Assembly: GCA_964577685.1 (NCBI GenBank)
Contig: CAZNZT010000010.1
Span: 1 to 49,682 of the forward strand
DNA: 49,682 nucleotides
DNA from: an uncultured Methanosarcinales archaeon
GTDB lineage: Archaea; Nanobdellota; Nanobdellia; Woesearchaeales; JACPBV01
Direction of reading: 5' to 3'
The position numbers were made by a program, and so were the translations under genes. Positions 1 to 9,565 of the stretch are shown here, in pieces. Below the pieces are notes generated by a model. The model had not been told where the DNA came from, searched no databases, and saw only the letters and a program-made list of their open reading frames with translations. Position 1 is the first letter of the stretch; each line of letters starts with the position of its first letter.

Positions 1-64
1 TAAAAATGGTAAAGCAAATTAAAGTGTCGAAGGGAAATAATAAATGGATAACACAATAGAATTA

Positions 65-97
65 AAAATCATTAAATTTATAAATAAAAGAAAGATT
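65..97 (+). repeat. 33-bp direct repeat, copy 1 (contains TTTATAAA TATA box)
   Basis: aaaatcattaaatttataaataaaagaaagatt is identical to 5274-5306. Confidence 0.9.
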
Positions 98-161
98 GAT
101 TTGTTAGAAATATAGGATTTAAGCAAACAAGAATTGTAGTAAATCATTCAAAATAATACTT

Positions 162-1592
162 ATGTCTTCAGCCAAAAAAATTGCTAAAAATACGGGTTTT
201 TTGTTTATAGCAGAAGTAGTAGATAAATCACTGCTTTTTCTTTTTATCATAATATTAACTAACTATCTCGGTGATACAAAATTTGGTATTTATTCTTTTG
301 CCTTTGCTTTTGTTGGCATCTTTAGTATGTTATCTAATCTAGAGATGAATACATTTATGGTTAGGGAAATCGCTAGGGATAAATCAAAGACAAACATGTT
401 TGTGAACAATATAATAACCCTTAAGTTTTTGCTTTCCCTTTTTGTTTTCACCTTTGTATTGTTGATAATTTCTTTTTTAAATAGATTTTCTGCACTAACC
501 ATAATCATAGCTCTAGTAATGGTGCATGAGATACTTACAGAAATACTTCTTACAATAACTGCAATGTTCAATGCGCATGAGAAAATGCAATATACATTAT
601 TTGCAAAGATTATAGAGAAAATCTTCTCTGTATCTCTTTCTTTTTTTATTCTCTACATGGGATATGAACTTAAGATGTTAATATCCATTTTAATCTTGTC
701 TAAGCTATTAACACTAGGTTATTGCTATCTCGTTTCTATAAGAAAATTTATAAAAATAATGCCCTCTTTCAACCTGAAATTTTGTACTTATACCGTGAGA
801 ACTTCTTTACCGTTCTGGTTTAATCTCATTTTCTATAGATTGTATACAAGAACAGATACAATAATGTTATCTATGCTAAAAGGATTTGCTGTTACTGGAT
901 GGTATAATGCTGCTTCTAAACTAATAGAAGCACTTTCTTTCTTTCCGAACATTATTATAAATTCTGTTTTTCCTGTGATGTCAAGATATCACCAATCATC
1001 AAAAATCTTGCTTAAGGTGTTGTTCGAAAAAACCTTTTACTATCTTTTTGTTTTAGGCTTTCCTCTTACCTTAAGTATCACTTTGCTTGCTGATAGGTTT
1101 ATCCTATTCATCTATAATGATCAATTCATCAAATCAGCAATAATACTTAGAGTATTAGCATGGTCTGTTTTATTTATCTTCATAAATAGTTCTTTAGGTT
1201 ATCTCCTCAATGCTATAAACAAACAAGCTTATTTTACAGCCTCAAATGGTGTATGTGCTTTGGTGAATGTCATACTAAACCTTATTCTGATACCAAAGTA
1301 CAGCTATCTTGGTGCAGCAATAGCAACAGTGATAACACAAATACTGAATTTTTCACTTTTATATGCCTTCACAGCTAAGAGTGGATATAAATTAAATCTA
1401 ATAAAAACAACATATAAACCAGTCATCTCAGGGATTTTGATGGTCTTTACAATTAGCTATCTTAAATCCCTACATTTACTTATTATAGTCCCAGTTTCTA
1501 TTCTAATTTATTTTTTCTTTTTATTATTGACAAAAGGAATAGGAAGGGAAGAATGGCAGATAGTTAAATCATTTTTCCCAAAAAAATCATAA
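162..1592 (+). CDS. Wzx/MOP-family oligosaccharide flippase
   Basis: 476 aa polytopic membrane protein; N-terminal IAKNT...YLG..KFGIYSFA, D.IMLS...GWYNAA, NLILIPKYSYLGAAIAT motifs. Confidence 0.9.
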   Translation: MSSAKKIAKNTGFLFIAEVVDKSLLFLFIIILTNYLGDTKFGIYSFAFAFVGIFSMLSNLEMNTFMVREIARDKSKTNMFVNNIITLKFLLSLFVFTFVLLIISFLNRFSALTIIIALVMVHEILTEILLTITAMFNAHEKMQYTLFAKIIEKIFSVSLSFFILYMGYELKMLISILILSKLLTLGYCYLVSIRKFIKIMPSFNLKFCTYTVRTSLPFWFNLIFYRLYTRTDTIMLSMLKGFAVTGWYNAASKLIEALSFFPNIIINSVFPVMSRYHQSSKILLKVLFEKTFYYLFVLGFPLTLSITLLADRFILFIYNDQFIKSAIILRVLAWSVLFIFINSSLGYLLNAINKQAYFTASNGVCALVNVILNLILIPKYSYLGAAIATVITQILNFSLLYAFTAKSGYKLNLIKTTYKPVISGILMVFTISYLKSLHLLIIVPVSILIYFFFLLLTKGIGREEWQIVKSFFPKKS

Positions 1593-3458
1593 GACTTTAA
1601 ATATAAGGACACCTTTCGTTTGATGCACCAACTTAAATTTTTCAAATGAACTTATTTCTCTTAATCTCATATCCAATAACTTGGTTGTTTCATTCCCCCC
1701 ATAACTTTCACTAAAGGTTTTATATGCCATCCCACCAATCACAAGGTACTCATATCTCTTTTTTTTAAGCCAATTATAAAGGTCTGATGTATTCCTGCTA
1801 AGCAAATCTTTACGAAATTCAATAACATCTTTACACCATCCACAACTGAACATATTTAAGCCAATAACCTGTTCATCTCCAGAATAGGCAAAGATTCTTG
1901 TGTTCACTGGTAAATTCTTTAACCAAACCCATCCAATGACTTCATCCATAGAGGTCCAAAATTGACCTGGGCCCCAAATTGCTGTGTTTACATCATATTT
2001 TTGTTTTCCCGATGTAAAAAACATTAAGGTTACAAGTAAAAGTACAGTTATAACCTTTGGTACACTAAATTGTTTAAGGAACCCAACTAGAAACCAAAAT
2101 CCTTCAGCAGAAATTATTGATAAGGGGATAGCAAAAAGCATCCAAAATCTAAATGCATATAATCCAATAGGAAGGTGAAAAGTCATGCTATTTATTCCCA
2201 CAAAAGTAAAAATAAGCCAAAACAATGTTATAGCAATTTGAATCTTCTTCTCTTTTTTCATAGATTTATATGTAAGAAGTACCAATATAATTGAAATAAA
2301 AGCAAGCAAACAAATAATTATCCCCACACCCACAGGGTTATTTATCATATTTGTAGATTTTGCTATGAAAAAATCTGAGACTGTATATGGTCTTGTAGCA
2401 GTTCCACTATTTGGGGGAAATGCTTTTTGGATCACTCCAATAAAACGAGTAAAAAAAGAACCACCTTCAGAAATAATGTTTTTATCTCCGCCTGCCCCCA
2501 TTATAAACATGTCTTTCCAGTTCATTGCCCACCAAATGAGGGAGAGTAAATAACCACCAATTATAGAAAGGAATTCTTTTAAAAAAATTTTTTTATGATA
2601 TATAGACATAATTGTAGCATATCCTATAAACATAAAAAAGAATTTAATAGGTTGGGTAGGCTGGGTTAAACATATGCTTGCTATAACAATTGAAGTAGGA
2701 TATACCCAGTTTTTTTCATGAGGTATCATAACTAAACAATATAAAGCCACAATAAACAGAGTTATAACCAAAGAATGAGCCCATATAAAATGACTTAAAT
2801 AACAAGGAACCATTGCTAATATAATTGTAGCAAAAAGTGCTTTATCTTTACTTTTAGTAAAATTCTTCACAAAGAAATAAAAGAAAATTATACTTAATGA
2901 TATTATTAAGGCATTAAAAAATTTCATTGTCCACATAATCTCAGGAGAAGTCTGATGTAATACCCCCATTAATCCATCATATCCCGGGGGGTATGGTTTG
3001 ATGTACTTAAAACTGTTTGTCGGGTCGTCAAAGTTTTTTTCAATAGAGACATATTTTATCCCAGCAGAATGCGCCCATGGATCATCATCTTCAAAATATG
3101 GATATCTAAATGCCCCTTTAACATACATAGATAGGGTCAATAAAAAAATTAAAAAAACAATTAAAAAATAAAGATTGCCTTTAGTAAGTTTTATCCTTGG
3201 TAGTCGGATATCTTTTTTCAGTATAATCCTAAAAAAGGCAAAAGATGGAAATAACAAACTTACTAAAAGTACAAATTTCCAGTCTATTGGTATGTGTAAG
3301 AAGTCTAATAAAACTAAAAAGAAAGGAATTGTTCCTAGACCAACTCCCATTCTGATAAATGTTCTTTCAAAAAAATTAGAATTTTTTAGAAACCAAGTCA
3401 AGCTATAGCCTAACCCATATATGTATACAAAAAAAAGCATCACAGTTACAAGGTTCAT
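1587..3458 (-). CDS. GT-C-like polytopic membrane glycosyltransferase
   Basis: 623 aa, many TM helices; first-loop acidic motif EDDDPWAH followed by YPPGY; soluble C-terminal domain (WLKN...YEYLVI...LIFKV) as in STT3/PMT-like proteins. Confidence 0.7.
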   Translation of the reverse strand: MNLVTVMLFFVYIYGLGYSLTWFLKNSNFFERTFIRMGVGLGTIPFFLVLLDFLHIPIDWKFVLLVSLLFPSFAFFRIILKKDIRLPRIKLTKGNLYFLIVFLIFLLTLSMYVKGAFRYPYFEDDDPWAHSAGIKYVSIEKNFDDPTNSFKYIKPYPPGYDGLMGVLHQTSPEIMWTMKFFNALIISLSIIFFYFFVKNFTKSKDKALFATIILAMVPCYLSHFIWAHSLVITLFIVALYCLVMIPHEKNWVYPTSIVIASICLTQPTQPIKFFFMFIGYATIMSIYHKKIFLKEFLSIIGGYLLSLIWWAMNWKDMFIMGAGGDKNIISEGGSFFTRFIGVIQKAFPPNSGTATRPYTVSDFFIAKSTNMINNPVGVGIIICLLAFISIILVLLTYKSMKKEKKIQIAITLFWLIFTFVGINSMTFHLPIGLYAFRFWMLFAIPLSIISAEGFWFLVGFLKQFSVPKVITVLLLVTLMFFTSGKQKYDVNTAIWGPGQFWTSMDEVIGWVWLKNLPVNTRIFAYSGDEQVIGLNMFSCGWCKDVIEFRKDLLSRNTSDLYNWLKKKRYEYLVIGGMAYKTFSESYGGNETTKLLDMRLREISSFEKFKLVHQTKGVLIFKVL

Positions 3459-3482
3459 ATTATGTAAAATGTTATCCGAAAC

Positions 3483-3494
3483 CTATTTAAATAG
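3483..3494. promoter_or_regulatory. Palindromic TATA box, probable bidirectional promoter
   Basis: CTATTTAAATAG perfect palindrome in the 53-bp gap between divergent starts at 3458 and 3512. Confidence 0.55.
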
Positions 3495-3511
3495 TTTATC
3501 TTTTCTATTGG

Positions 3512-4396
3512 ATGATGAAAATAGTTGTTACCATCCCAGCATATAATGAAGAAAAAACAATTGGGAAAGTAATAAGGAACATAAAGGCTATTTTAACTAA
3601 GAATAAATTGAATCACACAATTCTTGTTGTAAATGATGGAAGTAAAGACAAAACCAAAGAAGTAGCAAAGAGAGAAGGTGCAGTGGTTTTTTCTCATCCA
3701 ATAAATTACGGATTAGCAGAAACATTTAGAACAGAAATGAAAAAAGCGGTTAGATTTAATCCAGACATTATAGTACACTTTGATGCAGATGGCCAATATC
3801 TTGCTTCTGATATTCCAAAACTAATAAATCCTATAATCAATAAAAAGGCAGATTTAGTTTTGGGTTCAAGATTTAAAGGAAAAATAGAAAGCATGCCTTT
3901 GATAAAAAGAATAGGTAATATTCTATTTTCAAAAGTAATATCAAATATAACAAAAACAAAAATAACTGATGCCCAAACTGGATTTAGAGCATTCACAAAA
4001 GATATAGCTTTAATAGATATTAAATCAAATCATACCTACACTCAAGAACAAATCATAAAAGCCATAAAAGATAAATACAAGGTAGTAGAAATCCCTGTTT
4101 ATTTTGCAAAAAGAAAAGATAAAAGTAGGTTGATTAAAAACTCATTTGAATATGCAATAAAGGCATGGATAAATATTCTAAGGACATATAGGGACTATGA
4201 GCCATTAAAGTTTTTTGGGTACATTGGGGGCTTATTTATCTTAATCGGTTTAATCTTGGGAATATGGATAATTATGATCTTCCTAAAAACAGGGTTGGTT
4301 GGGGGAATTCCAAGGGTCATATTGTCTTCCTTGTTTATAATAAGTGGGATTCAAATTTTCTTCTTTGGTTTTTTAGCAGATATGAATAGAAAATAA
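3512..4396 (+). CDS. GT2 DPM1-like glycosyltransferase with two C-terminal TM helices
   Basis: IPAYNEE, VNDGSKD, FDADGQY, GSRF, TDAQTGFRAF motifs. Confidence 0.9.
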   Translation: MMKIVVTIPAYNEEKTIGKVIRNIKAILTKNKLNHTILVVNDGSKDKTKEVAKREGAVVFSHPINYGLAETFRTEMKKAVRFNPDIIVHFDADGQYLASDIPKLINPIINKKADLVLGSRFKGKIESMPLIKRIGNILFSKVISNITKTKITDAQTGFRAFTKDIALIDIKSNHTYTQEQIIKAIKDKYKVVEIPVYFAKRKDKSRLIKNSFEYAIKAWINILRTYRDYEPLKFFGYIGGLFILIGLILGIWIIMIFLKTGLVGGIPRVILSSLFIISGIQIFFFGFLADMNRK

Positions 4397-4423
4397 ACAA
4401 AATCAATTTTAAAACCAACTAAA

Positions 4424-5158
4424 TTATTCTAAAATAAAGTCTCTCGTTACAGCCAATATCTCCCTATCCGGATCCGGAAGCATATCTATCAATAGCAATC
4501 TTATAGTTTGTTCCTTTCCTTTAAAGTAAATTCTTACTTTATCTGTTCTCTTAATAAAATCATTAGGAGCAACAACACTTTCCGTATCAATAACCTTATT
4601 CGGTTCTGAAGCTTTAACTTTATAACTCCACTCTCTATAGACCTTAATCTCAATCTTTGGTACAATCGGTAAATCCCCTTTGTTGATTATCGTGTAACTT
4701 ATTTCAGTCACAAAACCACTATCTTCATCTTCTTTTTCAAGTTTTATATCATCTATAGATAAAGTAACTCCAGAAACAGTACCACTATATTTCTCATCTA
4801 TTTCTGGAAATTTTGGTTTACATTCTTCTAAATCTCTAACTAATGAACCATCCTCACATCTATAATATATAACATTCACTTTCTCAATCTTGGTCTTTAT
4901 AGGACACAAACTACAGTTTATTTCACATTTCTTTTCTTCACAAATACATTCTGGACATTCAGCATTTTCTTTTTCTTCTATCACAGCAGCTCCAGTGGTA
5001 CCTTTACCTTTTAAATTTTGAAAACCAATTATAGATATCATGATAATGATAATTAAAAAAAGCAAATTCATCGGAATTTTACTTAACAAAATTATCCTAA
5101 GGAAATTAAGAATCTTTTTAACTTTTGAAGGCTTAGTAAAGGGGCTTGCCATTATCAA
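4424..5158 (-). CDS. Membrane-anchored Cys-rich extracellular protein, unknown function
   Basis: N-terminal TM helix, TTGAAVI linker, CPECIC...C...CSLCP...C.DGSLV.....C cluster, then beta-rich domain. Confidence 0.7.
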   Translation of the reverse strand: MIMASPFTKPSKVKKILNFLRIILLSKIPMNLLFLIIIIMISIIGFQNLKGKGTTGAAVIEEKENAECPECICEEKKCEINCSLCPIKTKIEKVNVIYYRCEDGSLVRDLEECKPKFPEIDEKYSGTVSGVTLSIDDIKLEKEDEDSGFVTEISYTIINKGDLPIVPKIEIKVYREWSYKVKASEPNKVIDTESVVAPNDFIKRTDKVRIYFKGKEQTIRLLLIDMLPDPDREILAVTRDFILE

Positions 5159-5273
5159 TAATAGTAAAAAAAGGACTCATATATAAATTTATTCAACCAG
5201 AAAGGTTGCCTTACTCTTTTATTAAATTTTGATACATAGATTTATTCTATATCATTTTTTTAGAGGTCCCCAT

Positions 5274-5306
5274 AAAATCATTAAATTTATAAATAAAAGA
5301 AAGATT
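5274..5306 (+). promoter_or_regulatory. rnpB promoter (TATA TTTATAAA 5286-5293); copy 2 of 33-bp repeat
   Basis: TATA box about 23-30 nt upstream of the RNase P RNA P1 helix; identical to 65-97. Confidence 0.7.
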
Positions 5307-5315
5307 ACTAGGTCA

Positions 5316-5639
5316 GGGTAGGGTTGGTACTTAGCTAACGGTTCCTCCATCTTTGGAGTTGGAACTGAGGAAAGTCCACCCACTACCCAAGTTAGGGTTA
5401 TGGCCACTCCGTAAAGGAGGTGCAGCAATGTGCGGCAACCGCACAGAAACGAGACCCCTGTAAAATAGGATGAAAGCAGCGAAGTGCCTGGTGACAGGCA
5501 CGAGATAACCTGCTGACATTTTTTACAGGATGGTTGAAACGGCGAGCCCTGGCCGGTGCAAGTCATTAGGACGCTTAGTTAAATGCTAAGACAAGCCAAA
5601 ATATGGCTTGACAAAAGGTGGCTTATTCCAACCCTACCC
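5316..5639 (+). ncRNA. rnpB: Archaeal RNase P RNA
   Basis: P1 GGGTAGGGTTGG (5316-5327) / CCAACCCTACCC (5628-5639); CR-I GAGGAAAGTCCACC 5367-5380; CR-V ACAAAAGGTGGCTTA 5611-5625; ACAGAAAC and TTGAAAC flank P12; GC-rich island. Confidence 0.96.
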
Positions 5640-5663
5640 ACTACAATAAAAACGGAGTAAAAA

Positions 5664-5840
5664 ATGACAAAAGATAGGATAAGGATGCCTACCGGAATGG
5701 GAGGTTTGGTAAGGTATTTTGATGAATATAAAAGTAAAATAGAGTTTAAACCAGGCCATATAATTATACTATGTATAATAGTCATAATAATGATGTTGTT
5801 TCTGTATACTTATGGAAATAAATTATTTGCTTTGACCTAA
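5664..5840 (+). CDS. secG: Preprotein translocase subunit Sec61beta (58 aa, missing from ORF track)
   Basis: MTKDRIRMPTGMGGLVRYFDEYKSKIEFKPGHIIILCIIVIIMMLFLYTYGNKLFALT: GLVRYF.E...I...P motif plus single C-terminal TM. Confidence 0.92.
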   Translation: MTKDRIRMPTGMGGLVRYFDEYKSKIEFKPGHIIILCIIVIIMMLFLYTYGNKLFALT

Positions 5841-5842
5841 AG

Positions 5843-6178
5843 ATGATACCTAACATAAATCCAAGAATAATGCGAGAAGCTATGAAAAGGTTTGGAATAA
5901 AACAAAAAGAGATTAGAGCAACCCAAGTTGTCATAAAAACCCCAGAAAAAAACATAGTAATAAATGAACCACAAGTTTTTAAGGTTGATATGGTAGGGCA
6001 AGAAACATTTCAAATATCAGGTAAAATAAAAGAGGAATCTTTAGAGCCAGAAATTAATGAAGAGGATATAAAGACTGTAATGCAACAAGCGAACGTTGAT
6101 GAAGAAAAAGCAAAAGAAGCTATTATTAATAGCAAAGGGGACCTTGCTGCCGCAATACTTAGCTTAAAAGAAGGTTAA
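5843..6178 (+). CDS. nac: Nascent polypeptide-associated complex protein (archaeal NAC)
   Basis: NPR.M...MKRFGI, NAC barrel (GQETFQISG), C-terminal UBA-like GDLAAAILSL. Confidence 0.95.
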   Translation: MIPNINPRIMREAMKRFGIKQKEIRATQVVIKTPEKNIVINEPQVFKVDMVGQETFQISGKIKEESLEPEINEEDIKTVMQQANVDEEKAKEAIINSKGDLAAAILSLKEG

Positions 6179-6310
6179 ATTGTTTCTTTAGTTGAATCAC
6201 CAATGTCTCAATCTCAGTACAATTTAAAATAACTGAACATGGGCAGCTAAAAAATGATTGTAGAGTCCAGTAAGAGTTCAAATATCTAGTAGATTAATGA
6301 AAAAAGAAAG

Positions 6311-7264
6311 TTGTCAAAAAATCATATATCCAAGGACTATCCACAAATTATGAAAATAATGAAATACCCAAAAAATAAAAAAGCAGGATTAATTCTAATG
6401 GTAGATACCGAAGGTGAGTTTGGTAGGATCCCATTCAGTCCAAGAGATAACAGGACCCATAAAATAAGAATGCTAGTATCTTATTTGCTTAGTCTAGATT
6501 ATAGTATAAGAACACTTAAAGGAATGGTACAGATATTAAAGAAGAATAAAATCCCTGCAACATTTTTTTTTGTTGGAGCATTATTTTTAAAAAAAAAGAA
6601 TAAATATATTCTGAGAGAATATTTAAAAACAGATATAAAAACAAAATATCTCCTAAATAAAAAGAAACTCTATTCTATAATCCCGACATGGGGAGAATTC
6701 ATAGAAAAGGAAATGAAAGATAATTTATTTGAGATTTCTATTCATAATTTTTTACACGAGAGTAATTTTTCTGAAACAAACAGTACAATAAGTAAATCAA
6801 TTAAATTTTCAATAAGAGCAGCAAAAGAGATTGGGTTTAACCCAAAGACATATGCCGCCCCATGGTTTGAGCTAGAAGAGCCAAATAGACCAGAAAGAAT
6901 CTATAAGATTTTAAAAGAAAGTGGTATTCTACTCACTAGGTTTGATGGAGTTAGGAAAAAATATGGTAACTTAATTAGAATAAAAACCAGAGAGGGATTC
7001 TTCAAGAGATATGGTTTAGACTGTGTGCATTCCTCTTACTTTGTTAAAAGTGGAAGGTATAATAAAAATGAACTAAAGAAAATAGAGGCTGGTATAATTG
7101 AAGCAATCAAAAAAAAAGGGGTGTATACTCTTTCTATGCATGATACAACATTCTTAAGGCATGGTCTAAAACATTTTTGGGGTATAATAAAAATAATAAA
7201 AAAATATGAAGATCAATTATATGTAGATACCTTGTATAATATGTTTACTAGCATAAAAAAATGA
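6311..7264 (+). CDS. Polysaccharide deacetylase (NodB/CE4-like); start may be a downstream ATG
   Basis: LMVDTE, IPATFFFVG, EISIHNFLH, APWF and LSMH motifs. Confidence 0.75.
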   Translation: MSKNHISKDYPQIMKIMKYPKNKKAGLILMVDTEGEFGRIPFSPRDNRTHKIRMLVSYLLSLDYSIRTLKGMVQILKKNKIPATFFFVGALFLKKKNKYILREYLKTDIKTKYLLNKKKLYSIIPTWGEFIEKEMKDNLFEISIHNFLHESNFSETNSTISKSIKFSIRAAKEIGFNPKTYAAPWFELEEPNRPERIYKILKESGILLTRFDGVRKKYGNLIRIKTREGFFKRYGLDCVHSSYFVKSGRYNKNELKKIEAGIIEAIKKKGVYTLSMHDTTFLRHGLKHFWGIIKIIKKYEDQLYVDTLYNMFTSIKK

Positions 7265-7536
7265 AAACAAGTTATAAATAGACTTGACTCGTATACAATA
7301 TATCGTAATATTCTTCATCAGGTTTTTCAATATTAATTTAATCCAAGCACTTAACCCTCTAATACCTATAATTATCATGTTTCATGAAACTCAATATAAC
7401 ATTAAAAATTTTAAAGATAAGGTTCTATAATTAATTGAAGAATATATAATAAGAAGATCAGATACTGTGATAACCTACACTCCAAATCAAAAAAGGTTTT
7501 TAGAAAAAAATATAAAACAAATCAATATCACACACA

Positions 7537-8544
7537 TCATTCAAAAACCCCATCTACTATTTCCCCACAAAAAGGGCAACAATTATTTTTTATCTTATTC
7601 TTATAAACCTCAAACCAGCCACGTTCTATTAACAACCTACCACAATGTGAGCAGTATGTGTTCCCAGCATCTTCTATAGCCGTATTCCCGAGGTATACAT
7701 ACTTTATGCCGAGACCCCTTGCAATATCTCTAGCTTTTATTAACATCTCAGAAGTTGTTCTAGGAGCATCTAATAATCTATAAGTTGGATAAAAAGCAGA
7801 AAAATGCAAGGGAACTTTAACACCTATGTTATTCTTTATCCACAAACATAGCTCTTTAATCTCATCTTCTTTACTATTGTATTCTGGAATTATAAGATTT
7901 GTTATCTCTATCCAACTACCTATCTTTTTGATTTCTTTAATAGCTTCTAATACCGGTTGCAATCTAGCAAAACAAATTTTCCTATAAAACTCATCCTTAA
8001 TAGATTTTAAATCAATATTTGCACCATCTATAAACTTATATAATCTCTTTAGTGGCTTTGTGTTGATGAATCCATTAGTCACCATAATATTTTTTAATCC
8101 TTTTTTTTTAGCCAATTTTGCAGTCTCAATAACATATTCATAAAAAATCGTTGGCTCATTATAGGTATAAGCAATACTTTTGCATCCTTTCTCTATAGCA
8201 ATCTCTACCAACTTTTCAGGCATAATCTCTTTACCAAGGAATTTATCAGCCTTTGATTGTGAGATATCATAGTTCTGACAGTTAAGGCAATGCAGATTAC
8301 ACCCGAATGTACCTATAGAGAGTGAATAACTACCAGGATAGAAATGATATAGTGGCTTTTTTTCAATAGGGTCTATGGCCACCGAAGCAGGCTTTCCATA
8401 TACAAGAGAATATAACTTTCCATTTATATTCTTTCTAGCATTACAATTTCCAAAGTGATTCGGCTTTATAATGCAGTTAAAGGGACAAAGGTTACATTTT
8501 ACTTTGTTGTTTTTTAAGGTTATATAATATAGAGCTTCTTTCAT
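7537..8544 (-). CDS. amrS: AmmeMemoRadiSam system radical SAM enzyme
   Basis: N-terminal CNLCPFNC, DPIEKKPLYHFYPG, CNLHCLNC radical SAM motif, AYTYNEPTIF, C-terminal zinc ribbon. Confidence 0.93.
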   Translation of the reverse strand: MKEALYYITLKNNKVKCNLCPFNCIIKPNHFGNCNARKNINGKLYSLVYGKPASVAIDPIEKKPLYHFYPGSYSLSIGTFGCNLHCLNCQNYDISQSKADKFLGKEIMPEKLVEIAIEKGCKSIAYTYNEPTIFYEYVIETAKLAKKKGLKNIMVTNGFINTKPLKRLYKFIDGANIDLKSIKDEFYRKICFARLQPVLEAIKEIKKIGSWIEITNLIIPEYNSKEDEIKELCLWIKNNIGVKVPLHFSAFYPTYRLLDAPRTTSEMLIKARDIARGLGIKYVYLGNTAIEDAGNTYCSHCGRLLIERGWFEVYKNKIKNNCCPFCGEIVDGVFE

Positions 8545-8653
8545 ACTTTTTTGTATTACCCTACTTTATATATTTATTTGTTACTATCTTAGAATGCTAC
8601 AAAAAACTTTAATAAGCTTACTTTATTTATAACCTTGGAGGGTGGTATTTTAA

Positions 8654-9322
8654 ATGGGTCTTTTTAGTTTTAATAAAAAAGAGGTGAAACCAATTCAAAA
8701 TATGGACTTAGATATTCCTCCACCTCCACCAAAAATCGGTCTTGAAGAAGGGGAAGAAAAACTCCAAGAACCGATTGATGAAGAATTAGCTTTTTCTAGC
8801 AAAATACCAAAACCACCAAGCAAACCAAAGCAAATAGATATTGAACCCCTTCCACAAAAGACATTTGAAGAAGATAAACCACCTGATTTATCAGAGTTAT
8901 TACCATCAAAACCAAAGAAAGAAAAGAAACCATTTTTCCTATTTAGAAAGAAGAAAAAAGAATTACCTAAAGAAGAATTTCAGTTTCCAGAGATACCTGA
9001 AGAACCAGAAACAATAGAAGAACCAATATCAACAGGGGAATTAGAGAAAGTAAAACTAACGCCCAAAGAAGAACCAAAAGAAGTCAAGCCGCAAGAAAGA
9101 GAGGGAACACTAAAACACAAATTCTTATCTTTAGATGAATTTAGAAGTTTGTCTAATACCCTGAACCATATAAAAGAAGAACTTAAGAATTCAAATACCG
9201 CTTTTCTTAAAATTGATGAGATAATCAAAAACAAAGATAAAAAATACGGAGAATGGGATAGCTGTATGGAAGATATTCAAAGGAAGATTATGTTTGTGAA
9301 TAATACACTTTTTGAGAGGTGA
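8654..9322 (+). CDS. Pro/Glu/Lys-rich protein with C-terminal ~65-aa coiled-coil domain, unknown function
   Basis: MGLFSF N-terminus, PPPPP-containing low-complexity linker, C-terminal FLSLDEF...W...DIQRKI...LFE; SD-like GGAGGGTGG upstream. Confidence 0.85.
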   Translation: MGLFSFNKKEVKPIQNMDLDIPPPPPKIGLEEGEEKLQEPIDEELAFSSKIPKPPSKPKQIDIEPLPQKTFEEDKPPDLSELLPSKPKKEKKPFFLFRKKKKELPKEEFQFPEIPEEPETIEEPISTGELEKVKLTPKEEPKEVKPQEREGTLKHKFLSLDEFRSLSNTLNHIKEELKNSNTAFLKIDEIIKNKDKKYGEWDSCMEDIQRKIMFVNNTLFER

Positions 9323-9329
9323 TTATAGA

Positions 9330-9557
9330 ATGATGGAAGCTCAAGTCTTTGTAAAAATTGATAATTACAAGGATGTAATAGATACAGTTGGCTTAATAAA
9401 AGAAAGATTAACAAGCGCTAGGGCCATACTATCTAAAATCCGAGACTTAAAAAACCAAGAAGATGCAGAATTACAAGTATGGGAAACTAAACTAAATGAT
9501 ATAGAGTCTAGAGTTGGGGAGATTGATAAAGTTTTGTTTGAACCATCCCAAATGTAG
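9330..9557 (+). CDS. Small coiled-coil protein paralogous to the C-terminus of the upstream gene
   Basis: SD GAGGTGA precedes ATG 9330; FVKIDNYK...W...DIE.RV..ID..LFE. Confidence 0.85.
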   Translation: MMEAQVFVKIDNYKDVIDTVGLIKERLTSARAILSKIRDLKNQEDAELQVWETKLNDIESRVGEIDKVLFEPSQM

Positions 9558-9565
9558 GTGGTTTT

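Noticed and set aside
5252..5566. Minus-strand ORFs of 104 and 62 aa
   Set aside because: Antisense shadows of the GC-rich RNase P RNA.
5579..5785. 68-aa minus-strand ORF
   Set aside because: Antisense to the rnpB 3' end and to the real Sec61beta gene.
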